Positions 46,513 through 56,140 of a stretch of 60,116 nucleotides of DNA are shown here, piece after piece (the stretch's first letter is position 1; each line of letters starts with the position of its first letter). This DNA comes from an uncultured Ktedonobacteraceae bacterium. GTDB taxonomy: Bacteria > Chloroflexota > Ktedonobacteria > Ktedonobacterales > Ktedonobacteraceae. Made by a program: the position numbers and the translations under genes. A model generated the notes under the pieces. It was not told the origin of the DNA. It searched no databases and saw nothing but the letters and a program-made list of their open reading frames with translations. Location: assembly GCA_964250915.1 (NCBI GenBank), contig CAXUIS010000002.1, forward strand, positions 18,736 to 78,851, in the 5' to 3' direction.

Positions 46513-47559
46513 TCACTCATCAAGACGGCAAATGTTGACAAGGGCATCACCGGTATTTATGACAGGTATGTCTGTTAGTCCAAGAATATAGCCATTGTAA
46601 GGGGCAGTAACATGTTCCACAATTTCAAACGTGCGTACTGAATAGAGATAGCCTAGGCGTTGACCTTGTTGCACCCGTTCACCTGCCTTCACTTGAGCGA
46701 TCCAAATGCCTCCCTGCTGCGCCCACACTTCATCGAGGTGCGAACCACGCAGAGTCATTTGAGGTCGCTCAGGTGAGACAACCTCGCCATTGAGCATACC
46801 TATGTATTTCAAAACGTTGGTCATACCACGTACACCAAGCACAATATGCTCTTCTTCCAGGCAGTTCACGCCTCCCAATTCAGGAGTGATGGCAGGCACT
46901 CCGCGCTCGGTGAGAACATTGCGTAGCTTACCCGTAAAGCGTGAACGTCTCAGGTTCTCATCAATGGATTCCTCCAGCAGAACCTCTAACCCGAACACCT
47001 CAGCCAGCCTACGGCTCTTCTCATCTCCCTGACCGTAGACGACGTGCAGCAATGTGTTACTGCTGGCAGTATGCAGATCGACGACGTAGTTAGCATGACG
47101 AATCGCTTGTTGATAGAGATGGAAGGCTATTTGCTGGCTCATTAAGCCGCTTTCCTTGCCCGGCCAGACACGGTTCATGTCCTCCTCATCGAAAAAATTG
47201 CGACGGCGATGTTGGATGAAGCCCGGCCCATTTATTACAGGAACAACAATCAACGCACCACTTATAATAGAGGTGGGATCAAGCTCTGTAACCAAGCGGC
47301 GCAGTACTTCCACTCCGTTCACCTCATCTCCGTGGACCGCGGCCTGGACATATAGCACAGGCCCTTCCTGTGCGCCGACAAGAACATGGACAGCACTTTG
47401 CAAAGAAGTACCATCAGCACTACTACCGTGTTCAATGAAGCCTATAGCTTTGCCTGGGGCACGTAATCCTACGACTGTCCCGATCTGCCATTGCCGTTCG
47501 TGCCAAGGAGTCTGTTCGTTCTCAGGTTGCTGCACGTTCCTACCTCCATTGACGATCAT
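46513..47559 (-). CDS. Succinylglutamate desuccinylase / aspartoacylase (AstE/AspA, M14-like) family protein
   Basis: Zinc motif AAVHGDEVNG and a later DLHT. An alternative GTG start at 47535 follows a GGAGG. Confidence 0.75.
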   Translation of the reverse strand: MIVNGGRNVQQPENEQTPWHERQWQIGTVVGLRAPGKAIGFIEHGSSADGTSLQSAVHVLVGAQEGPVLYVQAAVHGDEVNGVEVLRRLVTELDPTSIISGALIVVPVINGPGFIQHRRRNFFDEEDMNRVWPGKESGLMSQQIAFHLYQQAIRHANYVVDLHTASSNTLLHVVYGQGDEKSRRLAEVFGLEVLLEESIDENLRRSRFTGKLRNVLTERGVPAITPELGGVNCLEEEHIVLGVRGMTNVLKYIGMLNGEVVSPERPQMTLRGSHLDEVWAQQGGIWIAQVKAGERVQQGQRLGYLYSVRTFEIVEHVTAPYNGYILGLTDIPVINTGDALVNICRLDE

Positions 47560-48055
47560 CGCTCTGTAACAGAGAGCGTACTGTTTCTAGCAAAGTTTTT
47601 ACATGTTATAGTTGCCAAGCTCTTTATGCGGAGTTACACTGTAACTCTAACAGGTACCCTTTTGCCTATGCAACTGTATAGCACTAATAGGTAGCTCAAA
47701 ACCGTAGAGACACATATGCGTATAGCAAATTGAGTCTTCAGTATACGCGTGCTCATGCTGGAAGAAAACGTGCTCTGGCAAATTTCAGGAATGCTCAATA
47801 ATTTACTTGTACGGATAGAACACTTGCATCAAGACGCAACAGAACTCTATCAAGTGAAACTTGCTCTTCCGCGGGTACGTGAAGAGAAAAAAATACTAAG
47901 AAAGCGGAATGGAAGGTCTATGGCCTAAACTGCTATGATGAGATATTGCTAGCATAACTTGCCAATAGGTAGAAAGTTAAAATTTGAAGTCTAGGTCCTG
48001 GATATTTTGAAAGAGTAGGCCGCTGTAATAGTAAGAGGAAACGACATGAGCATAA

Positions 48056-51000
48056 CTACTCATTCTCTACCGCTCCCAGCGTGCGTAGCATAACTTTTTG
48101 TGCAGATGAAAGACCTGTCACGCCAGTAATGTTCATCTGCTCATACGGTCGCTCTCTACGGAGCGTTCGCACACACGTGCCTGAAGCTACATCCCATAGT
48201 TTGATTGTTCCATCGTAACTACCACTGGCAACAAGCGAGGCATCTGGACGAAAAGCAACCGAGTACACTCTCTTACTATGCTCATATCCTGCCCAGCGTT
48301 GTTGTTGCGTATCCAGTTCCCAGAGACGTACACTCTGATCATCGCCGCCACTCACAAGCGACTTCCCATCGACACTAAACGCTACCGACCATATCCAACT
48401 CATATGGCCTCTCAGAACGCTCACACAACGGCCAGTACTCACTTCCCACAAGCGAATTGTGCGATCATCGCTACTACTAACAAGAAAATGCCCATCGGGA
48501 CTAAAGGCAACTGAACGGACTCTACCTCTATGGTCATATAACAAACGCAAACTGGAATCTTCGTGAAGTTGCCAAAGACGCACTATTTTGTCTTCACCAC
48601 CACAAGCAATTGTCTTTCCATCAGGACTAAAAGCAACCGACCAGATGCGGCTACAATCCTTTTGTAGAATGCCCAGACAAAGGCCAGTGCTGACTTGCCA
48701 AAGACGTACTGTCTGATCGTCACTACCACTCACAAGCAGTGTTCCATCAGGACTAAAGGCGATAGAACGGACCCAGTTGGTATGTCCACCCAACGTTCGC
48801 AAGCAATATCCTGTTTTGACATCCCACAATCGAATCGTTTGATCATCGCTCCCACTTGCAAGTATTGCTCCTGTCGGACTAAACGCGACTGAATAAATCC
48901 ATGTGCTATGTCCCTGCAATATTTTTAGGCATTGTCCCGTCTCAACTTGCCAGAGACGTACTGTTCTGTCATCACTACCACTGATCAGCGTGTTCCCATC
49001 AGGGCTAAAAGCAATAGAGCGTATGCGGCTACTATGACCCTGAATAGTCTTCACGCATTGTCCGTCATCGGTATTCCACATACGAATACTTTGATCGTCA
49101 CTACCACTAACCAACATGTTACTCGTGGGATAAAATGCTACCGACCAGACGCGGTTAGTATGTCCGCGCAGTGTTGTGAGCGTTTCTCCACTATGCACAT
49201 CCCACAATCGAATCGTTTGATCATCGCTCCCACTCGCAAGAAGGTTTCCGTCAGGGCTAAATGTTACCGACCAGATACGGCTGGTATGCCCTCGTAGCAG
49301 TTGAATCGGTGTATCCTTCTCTCTATCCCAGAGATAGACGATTTGATCATCACCACTACTCGCAAGATATTTTCCGTCTGCACTAAAGGCAACAGAACAG
49401 ATAGCGTCTTTGTGTCCCAGGAATGTCTTTACACATACACCCTCTTGCACATTCCACAGTTTCATTGCACGGTCATGACTACCACTTACGACAATATCAT
49501 TCTCGCGACCAAAGGCCACAGACCAAACGCGGCTTGTATGTCCCTCTAATGTGTGAAGGCATTCTGCTGTTCTTATATCCCACACGCGCACTGTATGATC
49601 GTCTCCGCCGCTTGCAGCGAGTGTACCATTTGGAGTGAATGCAACCGAACGTACTCTATTCGTGTGCCCATAAAAAGTTTTCAGACACTGTGTTGTTTTC
49701 ACATCCCATAAACGAATACTTTGATCATCACTTCCACTTAGCACGGTACTACCATCAGGACTAAAAGCCACCGAGCGTACCCAGTCAGTATGTCCCTGAC
49801 ATATACCAAGTGGAGCACCACTCTGCACGTCCCACAATCGAACCTCACCATTTGCTGTTCCCGCCGCCAATTGTGTACCATCAGGACTGAGTGCAACGGA
49901 GAGTACACTCCCGAAGGTGTCACTAAAAACTGTTTGTTTCAGCTCAGAGTACGAGAAATTCACTTTATGCAAATTGACATCCTGCAAATAGCTGTTCCAG
50001 ACCGCGAGATGAGAAAAATCATAGCCTGCGAGATCAACCTTTAGCTGTACCAACAGGTTGAGCAAGTTTCCTGCCGCATATTCTGGTGTATCGGGACGTG
50101 TTTCTTTGAGGATTGCCAACATGCTTTTAAGCTTTGCCTCACACTCAACCTTTCCAAGCGTGCTAAGCAGTTGGTGAATGATCGCTTCAAGAAAGAGCCG
50201 TGTCTGATTGTTCCTAATATGATCCTTTGCCTCTGCCCTGATGAGCGTATGGCTTAATAAGAGCGAAAATTGCTCATGTACAATTTCCTCACAGACACGA
50301 GCAACAAATTCTTCGGTCACGTACTCCATAATCACAGGTTGCAAGGTAAAGTATGTACCACTACTATTTTCAATCATGGAACGCTTACGTAGTGAGTCCA
50401 GCGCATTCAGAAGGTCTCGTTTGGGAACTGGACGTACAATCTTTTTTAGCACATCATTAAAGGAAATAGGCTCACAGGCTAAAGCGAACCAGTAAATAAT
50501 TTCTCTCTCTTGGGCTGATAAGCGATGAAATTGCGTATCAATTAGAGCGTAAATATCGCCAACAACTGTTCCTCTTTCAGCCAAAAATTCCGCTATTTCA
50601 CCGCCGAAGAGTTCTTTAATAGGTGCTGCAACAAGTTTCAACGCGAGTGGATTACCACCGTAGGTTATAGTCAGTTCGTCGCAGACCTTATCCGAGCCAA
50701 GCAGATCTTTTCCACGTAATAGTCGTCGTCCCTCTTCCAGCCCTACTCCAGTCAGAGGTAAAACCTTTACAGAGTTTCCCTCTGTATGTACCACTTCTAA
50801 AGGAAGTTCGCGACTCGTAAGCAGAAGACAGCTTTGATGTGTACCTTCTCCTATAGTAGTTATGAGTTTACCGTAATTTTCGTAACTCGCACGATATTGC
50901 CCCACATTCTGGCTGCTCTCCAGAATTGTCTCAACATTGTCGAGTATGAGAAGGCAGCGATACTTTTGTAGATACTCCACTAGCTGCTTTATTTGTTCAT

Positions 51001-51646
51001 CGGTATCTTCAGATGAATCTACTACCGTCTGCGCTTGACCAGAAAGAAATTGAAGGCATTCTCTAAGTACCTCTTCAAGTAAGGGAGCATTTTGTAAGGT
51101 GTACCAGAAAACATAGGTGAATTGTTCTTTTACGCGCTCGGTTATGATACTGGCGAGCGTTGTTTTGCCAATACCCCCTATTCCCAGGAGTGTGACAACA
51201 TGACAATGCTCGGATTGTATCCAATGCCCCAATATTGCCAGTTCTTGTTCACGCCCATAAAAGACCTCTTTCTGTGGAGCATCCTTCAGATAATAACGTG
51301 TAGTTGGCGGAGAACTCTGTTCCTGTGTTTTCGTTATTTCTGTACTTGATATATGTACTGGTAAAGCTGAGTGACGACGACCAGGTATGTAGGGAGGAAT
51401 GCCTTCTTGTACCCGCATTAATACTCCTGGCTCTAGTCCCAGTTGTTGCTCATATGCCTGTATAAGCTCTAGCGATGGATTGCCATAACCATTCTCTACC
51501 GTCGATAAACGGCTTTTGGTATACCCTATCGCCTCCGACATATCCGTTAACCTGAAACCTTTTTCAATACGTGCGAGACGCATTCTCGCTCCTATTGAGT
51601 GCTGGTTATTGTTCTCTAGCGAAACTATTTTTTCTTTCCGACCCAT
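48056..51646 (-). CDS. STAND NTPase: XRE-type HTH + NB-ARC/NACHT-like ATPase + 14 WD40 repeats
   Basis: HTH (IGARMRLARIEKGFRLTDMSEAIGYTKSRLSTVENG), Walker A GIGGIGKTTLA, Walker B CLLILDNVE, helical arm, then 14 units of GH..V.SVAFSPDG...SGSDDQTIRLWD (two 7-blade propellers). GGAGGG SD. Confidence 0.9.
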   Translation of the reverse strand: MGRKEKIVSLENNNQHSIGARMRLARIEKGFRLTDMSEAIGYTKSRLSTVENGYGNPSLELIQAYEQQLGLEPGVLMRVQEGIPPYIPGRRHSALPVHISSTEITKTQEQSSPPTTRYYLKDAPQKEVFYGREQELAILGHWIQSEHCHVVTLLGIGGIGKTTLASIITERVKEQFTYVFWYTLQNAPLLEEVLRECLQFLSGQAQTVVDSSEDTDEQIKQLVEYLQKYRCLLILDNVETILESSQNVGQYRASYENYGKLITTIGEGTHQSCLLLTSRELPLEVVHTEGNSVKVLPLTGVGLEEGRRLLRGKDLLGSDKVCDELTITYGGNPLALKLVAAPIKELFGGEIAEFLAERGTVVGDIYALIDTQFHRLSAQEREIIYWFALACEPISFNDVLKKIVRPVPKRDLLNALDSLRKRSMIENSSGTYFTLQPVIMEYVTEEFVARVCEEIVHEQFSLLLSHTLIRAEAKDHIRNNQTRLFLEAIIHQLLSTLGKVECEAKLKSMLAILKETRPDTPEYAAGNLLNLLVQLKVDLAGYDFSHLAVWNSYLQDVNLHKVNFSYSELKQTVFSDTFGSVLSVALSPDGTQLAAGTANGEVRLWDVQSGAPLGICQGHTDWVRSVAFSPDGSTVLSGSDDQSIRLWDVKTTQCLKTFYGHTNRVRSVAFTPNGTLAASGGDDHTVRVWDIRTAECLHTLEGHTSRVWSVAFGRENDIVVSGSHDRAMKLWNVQEGVCVKTFLGHKDAICSVAFSADGKYLASSGDDQIVYLWDREKDTPIQLLRGHTSRIWSVTFSPDGNLLASGSDDQTIRLWDVHSGETLTTLRGHTNRVWSVAFYPTSNMLVSGSDDQSIRMWNTDDGQCVKTIQGHSSRIRSIAFSPDGNTLISGSDDRTVRLWQVETGQCLKILQGHSTWIYSVAFSPTGAILASGSDDQTIRLWDVKTGYCLRTLGGHTNWVRSIAFSPDGTLLVSGSDDQTVRLWQVSTGLCLGILQKDCSRIWSVAFSPDGKTIACGGEDKIVRLWQLHEDSSLRLLYDHRGRVRSVAFSPDGHFLVSSSDDRTIRLWEVSTGRCVSVLRGHMSWIWSVAFSVDGKSLVSGGDDQSVRLWELDTQQQRWAGYEHSKRVYSVAFRPDASLVASGSYDGTIKLWDVASGTCVRTLRRERPYEQMNITGVTGLSSAQKVMLRTLGAVENE

Positions 51647-51729
51647 AGCGTTCCCTCCAGTTATACGTAGTATAAAACAAAACGCCTAAGATTTCCAGAC
51701 ACACTTGTAAAACAAAACAATCCATGTTA

Positions 51730-51775
51730 TATTGTTGTTATCAGAGAACAAAATAGTTTTCCAATAACAACAATA
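51730..51775. promoter_or_regulatory. 12-bp inverted repeat in the divergent STAND / sigma-like intergenic region
   Basis: TATTGTTGTTAT (51730-51741), N22, ATAACAACAATA (51764-51775). A candidate operator for the HTH of the STAND protein. Confidence 0.3.
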
Positions 51776-51848
51776 GTAGGATAAGTACAACGAGGCGAGA
51801 TAAAAGACCAAGAGGGCAGTAACCCTAAGCAAAGCAGCGGAGAGAACT

Positions 51849-52499
51849 ATGCAACAATCTTCTTTATCCACTTCTTTTTCGCAGACGTGTGATCTGGACA
51901 CAAACGAATTGCTCGAAGAGTATGACCTCTACATCTGTTCTCAGGCACGAAACTATGTCAATCGTAAACGTAGTATGCTTCACCCAGACACACTGGATAT
52001 GGAGATAGATGATCTCGCGCAACAAACACGTATTAAAATCTGGCAAGGGCAACAGAAGACAACTATCTCCAATCCGAAAGCTTATATTAGGCGTGTTGTG
52101 CATAATGAGTCTGTAACGATGATACGTCAGTCAAAGCCAACCACTTCTTTACCTATGGACGAAGAAGGGGAACTTTACTCATGTGAGGCACTGTTCCAAT
52201 CGACAGCAGTACAGGACCCGTTACGTGAGATCGAGCAACAAGAGGCAGAGCAATTCTATAGACACGAAGCTGTATATGCCATCTCTACTCTGCCTACTCG
52301 TCAAAGGCAAGCGATGCTTTGTGCGCTTAAAGACAAAGTTGATGATCTACTCGCATGGGTAACTATATGCAAAATCTATAATATGGATATGGATGTTGTA
52401 GAGTGGCCGGAAGAAGGGCAAGCGTTACAAAGTATGCGTTCTTCGGCGTCAGCCGCCAGAAAAAAACTCCGTCCAATGCTAGACACCGTTGTTTCTTGA
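51849..52499 (+). CDS. Divergent sigma-70/ECF-like protein (region 2 and region 4 remnants)
   Basis: DDLAQQTRIKIWQ...AYIRRVVHNESVTMIRQ resembles region 2. LPTRQRQAMLCAL resembles the start of region 4, but an insertion follows. GGAGAG SD. Confidence 0.5.
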   Translation: MQQSSLSTSFSQTCDLDTNELLEEYDLYICSQARNYVNRKRSMLHPDTLDMEIDDLAQQTRIKIWQGQQKTTISNPKAYIRRVVHNESVTMIRQSKPTTSLPMDEEGELYSCEALFQSTAVQDPLREIEQQEAEQFYRHEAVYAISTLPTRQRQAMLCALKDKVDDLLAWVTICKIYNMDMDVVEWPEEGQALQSMRSSASAARKKLRPMLDTVVS

Positions 52500-52566
52500 C
52501 TTTCCCCATGAGAGATGATAATCTTGGCCTATTACTCAATAAAGTCATCAGTAAGGCAGCATTTGT

Positions 52567-53904
52567 ATGAAAAGTAGTGGTTACACACTGACAGCAGATA
52601 GTCGGCATACGTCAGTGCTTCTCAAACAAGACCTACAAGTCCTTTTTTCAGAGGCTTCAATGCAGCAAAAACAAGCATTGTTACAGCGTCTAGCACCGAC
52701 GTTCGGTCCTGTTCTGGAACAGGCATTCATGAGGTTTCTAGCAAACGAAGAACAACTGCAGCCCATCGATGAGACAGCATTGATAGCACTTTTCAATAAG
52801 TGCATCGATCAGCACACGCAGGTCGATGCACTTATTGAGGTACTGCATGCTCTGGCACCGGGAAATGGACGAATTGGTTTCAAGCAAGTCAATATGTTAG
52901 CTGATCACCTACGACAGCATGTTGACCGATTTCTGCGACAAGGTAATCATCAATTACAAGACCTTCTTCCGCACGATCATGTCTTCGGAAGTGGTGGAGA
53001 TTTCTGCAAAACTATTCACGCGAGTACTGCCGCCGCAATTATCGTAGCACCGCTCTTACAAATATGTAAAACTGGAACAACAAATGTCACTTCCTATCAT
53101 GGGAGTGCTCAGGTAATGAGAGAATTCGGCTATACCACGCATAATTTGAGTATCGAACAAATCAACGACGAACTTCTTCACTATGGATTTGCATTTGTCC
53201 CTCTTTCCGCGCTTGACTTTCCTTATTCTGATGCCTTGAAAGCGGCAAGAGGGCAACTGTGGTATCAAGCGAAAAGCCTTCTTGAAGAAAAGTGTGCTAT
53301 AGGAACCTCTGGCTGGCAAGATGCAGTACGTAATACAAGAATACCTTTAGACATCTTTAAGATCGTATCACCGAACGCTCAGGTACTTCACCCTCTTCAT
53401 CATTCTACTGGTGTATGCCACATCGACATGATGCCCTATGTCCTTTCGCTTTACCTTCATTTGAATAGCACAGGTATTATCGTTCATAACTACGACACTA
53501 TTGATGAACTGGCGAATGCATCCAGTGATCCTACTCCTAACACTCCCAACAACCTCATTGTTCAGATAGAAGCTGATACCATTCGTATCACAGAATGTTC
53601 ACCTGAAGATTTAGGCTTTGCGCGGGCCGAACTCAACGATATCCAGGAAGTGGAAGATTTGGTTGCTACGAATGAAGACTTTTGGCGCATCATTTCAGGA
53701 GTAGAAACAGGACCGAAGCGAGATTTTCTCGTTGCTAACGCGGCTTTGTTGCTTGTTGCAGGTCACAAAATTCCTACATCTCAGGATGAAGAGCTGATAG
53801 AACAGATAAGAAGTGCTATCTCGGTTGTGGAAGAACTCATTGACTCGCATAAGGTCGGAGAAAATTTTCAACAACTGCTTGGAGTACACAATCACTTAGC
53901 ATAA
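52567..53904 (+). CDS. TrpD-fold (glycosyl transferase family 3 / nucleoside phosphorylase II) protein with altered active-site motifs
   Basis: GSGGDFCKTIHASTAAAIIVAPLLQICKTGTTNVTSYHGSAQVMREFGY aligns with TrpD GTGGD..NISTAAA..VAKHGNRS.SS.SGSADVLEALG. Later LDIFKIVSPNAQ aligns with TIFNLLGPLTNP. Confidence 0.6.
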   Translation: MKSSGYTLTADSRHTSVLLKQDLQVLFSEASMQQKQALLQRLAPTFGPVLEQAFMRFLANEEQLQPIDETALIALFNKCIDQHTQVDALIEVLHALAPGNGRIGFKQVNMLADHLRQHVDRFLRQGNHQLQDLLPHDHVFGSGGDFCKTIHASTAAAIIVAPLLQICKTGTTNVTSYHGSAQVMREFGYTTHNLSIEQINDELLHYGFAFVPLSALDFPYSDALKAARGQLWYQAKSLLEEKCAIGTSGWQDAVRNTRIPLDIFKIVSPNAQVLHPLHHSTGVCHIDMMPYVLSLYLHLNSTGIIVHNYDTIDELANASSDPTPNTPNNLIVQIEADTIRITECSPEDLGFARAELNDIQEVEDLVATNEDFWRIISGVETGPKRDFLVANAALLLVAGHKIPTSQDEELIEQIRSAISVVEELIDSHKVGENFQQLLGVHNHLA

Positions 53905-54018
53905 CGAGTGAGAAATGAAGAACAGAGATTCCGACCTAGCAGTAAATTGACTTCACTGTCTATCCGTTTGTATACTTATATAAAAGAGATTCAGCCACAA
54001 TACAAAGGATAAACGGTT

Positions 54019-55473
54019 ATGAGTAGAGTGCAACAACCTGAGAGCGATCAGGTTGGGTCTGTTGAAATGCATGGCATCGACGCTATTGATCAGCAGGAAC
54101 GTCATGGGCAGCCATTTGAATTGTTTTGGGTCTGGTTTGCCAGTAATATCAGCATTCTGGGTGTCGTCTATGGCGCGAGCTACCTAACAGGGAACGGCCT
54201 GAACCTGTGGCAGAGCTTAGTGGTCGGGTTAATTGCAACGGCGGTATCATTTCTTTTCGTTGGCCTTCTAAGCATCCCTGGCGTCTGGGGTGGTGCACCT
54301 ATGTTGACACTTTCGCGGGCTGTTTTCGGAACACGCGGAAATATTGGTCCGACACTGGTGAGTTGGATTAGTCTGGTTGGCTGGGAAACTATTCTAGTTA
54401 TCGCTTCGACAGAAGCATTGCTTGAACTTTTGCAAGTTTTGCACATCCAAACAAGTCCTGTCTGGACAGTAGTGAGTATTCTTGTCCTGTCGGCGGCAGT
54501 GGTGGCTTGTGGCTATTGGGGACATGCAACACTCGTCTGGCTACAGCGTGCCGCGACATGGGTATTTGGCATCCTGACGATTATCATTATCGCCTTCATT
54601 ATCCCTCAGACTAATTGGCAAAAGCTTTTCAATCAGCCTGCTGCCTCCTGGAATACAGGCGTGATAACAGCCTTTGTCATCATCATGGCGGCAACCGGAA
54701 TCGGCTGGATCAATTCTGGCGCGGATTACGCTCGCTACCTGCCACACAGGAGTTCTGGGCGCACCATCACTTTCTGGACTGTGCTAGGTGGAACCTTACC
54801 TCTCTACCTCTTAATGATTGTTGGTGTCCTGCTTGCTTCCTTCAAGGCTGATACCTTGACAGCGACCGACTCATTCGCTCCTCTTCGGGAAGCACTTCCG
54901 TCCTGGCTGGCTATTCCTTATCTACTGACGGCTATCGGTGGTCTACTAGCTGGTGCCGCACTCGATATTTATTCATCGGGTCTCAATCTGCTAGCTCTTG
55001 GTATCGGCATCAAACGTCAGTACGCGGTACTCATCGACGGTGTCCTGATGATCATTGGCTCCATCTATGTTTTGTTGATTCGCAATGACTTCCAAGGTGC
55101 GCTCACTAGCTTCTTGCTATTACTAGCCGACGGCCTGACTGTCTGGGCCGCGATATTCCTGGTCGATATGATCTGGCGTCGTGGCTATGACACAAAGAGC
55201 TTGTATGTATTGGGTAGCACAAGTGCTTACTATTATAACGGCGGCTTCAACATTCCTGCCTGTATTGCTTGGGTAGTCGGCGTGGTTGTGGGCCTACTCT
55301 TCACTACATCTAGCTTCTTTAATGGACCACTCGCTAAAGGAATTTTTGCGAGCACTAGCTTAGGATATCTCTTAGGTGGTGCAGTAAGCATCATCCTCTA
55401 CCTTGTGTTGAGGCCAATCTTCAAGACTAAGAAGGTGGTTAATGTTGAAGAGAAACCCTCTGTAGAGGTCTAA
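54019..55473 (+). CDS. NCS1 family (purine-cytosine / nucleobase-type) permease
   Basis: 12 predicted TM helices. The N-terminus ERHGQPFELFWVWFASNISILGVVYG is typical of cytosine/allantoin/thiamine-type NCS1 carriers. Confidence 0.7.
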   Translation: MSRVQQPESDQVGSVEMHGIDAIDQQERHGQPFELFWVWFASNISILGVVYGASYLTGNGLNLWQSLVVGLIATAVSFLFVGLLSIPGVWGGAPMLTLSRAVFGTRGNIGPTLVSWISLVGWETILVIASTEALLELLQVLHIQTSPVWTVVSILVLSAAVVACGYWGHATLVWLQRAATWVFGILTIIIIAFIIPQTNWQKLFNQPAASWNTGVITAFVIIMAATGIGWINSGADYARYLPHRSSGRTITFWTVLGGTLPLYLLMIVGVLLASFKADTLTATDSFAPLREALPSWLAIPYLLTAIGGLLAGAALDIYSSGLNLLALGIGIKRQYAVLIDGVLMIIGSIYVLLIRNDFQGALTSFLLLLADGLTVWAAIFLVDMIWRRGYDTKSLYVLGSTSAYYYNGGFNIPACIAWVVGVVVGLLFTTSSFFNGPLAKGIFASTSLGYLLGGAVSIILYLVLRPIFKTKKVVNVEEKPSVEV

Positions 55474-55562
55474 TCGAAGAGTATTCAATTCATTGGCAAG
55501 CAGATGAGCAAGGAGCAGAAATCGTGGTCGCAGACCGTTCACATGGAAGTGATAGTATCTAT

Positions 55563-56129
55563 ATGACTGTTGCACAATATTTGGCCTTAGATGAAGCTAC
55601 CGACGCCAAGTATGAATACGATAATGGCTATGTCTACATGCTGCGTCCGCCTTCTTCCGTTTATGATGAGCACACTATTCTCGACTTAGCGGGTGGAAGC
55701 AATGCACATGCAGCTTTGTGCTTACGCATAGGCTCCCTGCTTGACCAAGCTCTTCCCGATGGACCATGCATAGCGTTCACAAGCGATGCTCGTATGCAGA
55801 TTGCCGAGCGGCAGTATTACTACCCTGATATCACCGTAGCCTGTGGTGAAGGACCAGGAACAAAGCTAACTAATCCTATCGTAGTAATTGAGGTCCTCTC
55901 TCCGGCTACTGAGAAACGTGACCGAGGCGCAAAATTCAAAGTATATAAAACGCTACCAACGGTACAGGAATATGTGCTGGTCGGCAGTGAATACCAAGTG
56001 GTGGAAGTATACCGACGAGAAGGCAGTTTCTGGCGTCAGAACCGCTATCAATCGGGCGATCAGATTGAACTCAGAAGTATCAGTGTCAGTTTCTCCTTTG
56101 ATGCACTCTATCGCCGCATCCCAATGTAG
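55563..56129 (+). CDS. Uma2 family (DUF820) PD-(D/E)xK endonuclease-fold protein
   Basis: EYDNGYVYM, YYPDITVA and VIEVLSPAT motifs typical of Uma2. Confidence 0.7.
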   Translation: MTVAQYLALDEATDAKYEYDNGYVYMLRPPSSVYDEHTILDLAGGSNAHAALCLRIGSLLDQALPDGPCIAFTSDARMQIAERQYYYPDITVACGEGPGTKLTNPIVVIEVLSPATEKRDRGAKFKVYKTLPTVQEYVLVGSEYQVVEVYRREGSFWRQNRYQSGDQIELRSISVSFSFDALYRRIPM

Positions 56130-56140
56130 TTCTTCTAGTA

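Noticed and set aside
47755-47928. 57-codon ORF (MLEENVLWQISGMLNNLLVRIEHLHQDATELYQVKLALPRVREEKKILRKRNGRSMA) in the 496-bp gap downstream of the STAND gene
   Set aside because: It has no Shine-Dalgarno sequence and no recognisable family, and it lies in an AT-rich spacer. It could be real, but the evidence is too thin to call.
48278-50044. Series of plus-strand ORFs (48278-48514, 48695-48892, 48932-49297, 49301-49549, 49423-49638, 49790-50044) with similar-looking peptides
   Set aside because: They are antisense to the WD40 repeat region of the STAND gene. Their periodic similarity simply mirrors the 126-nt repeat on the opposite strand. They have no SD sequences.
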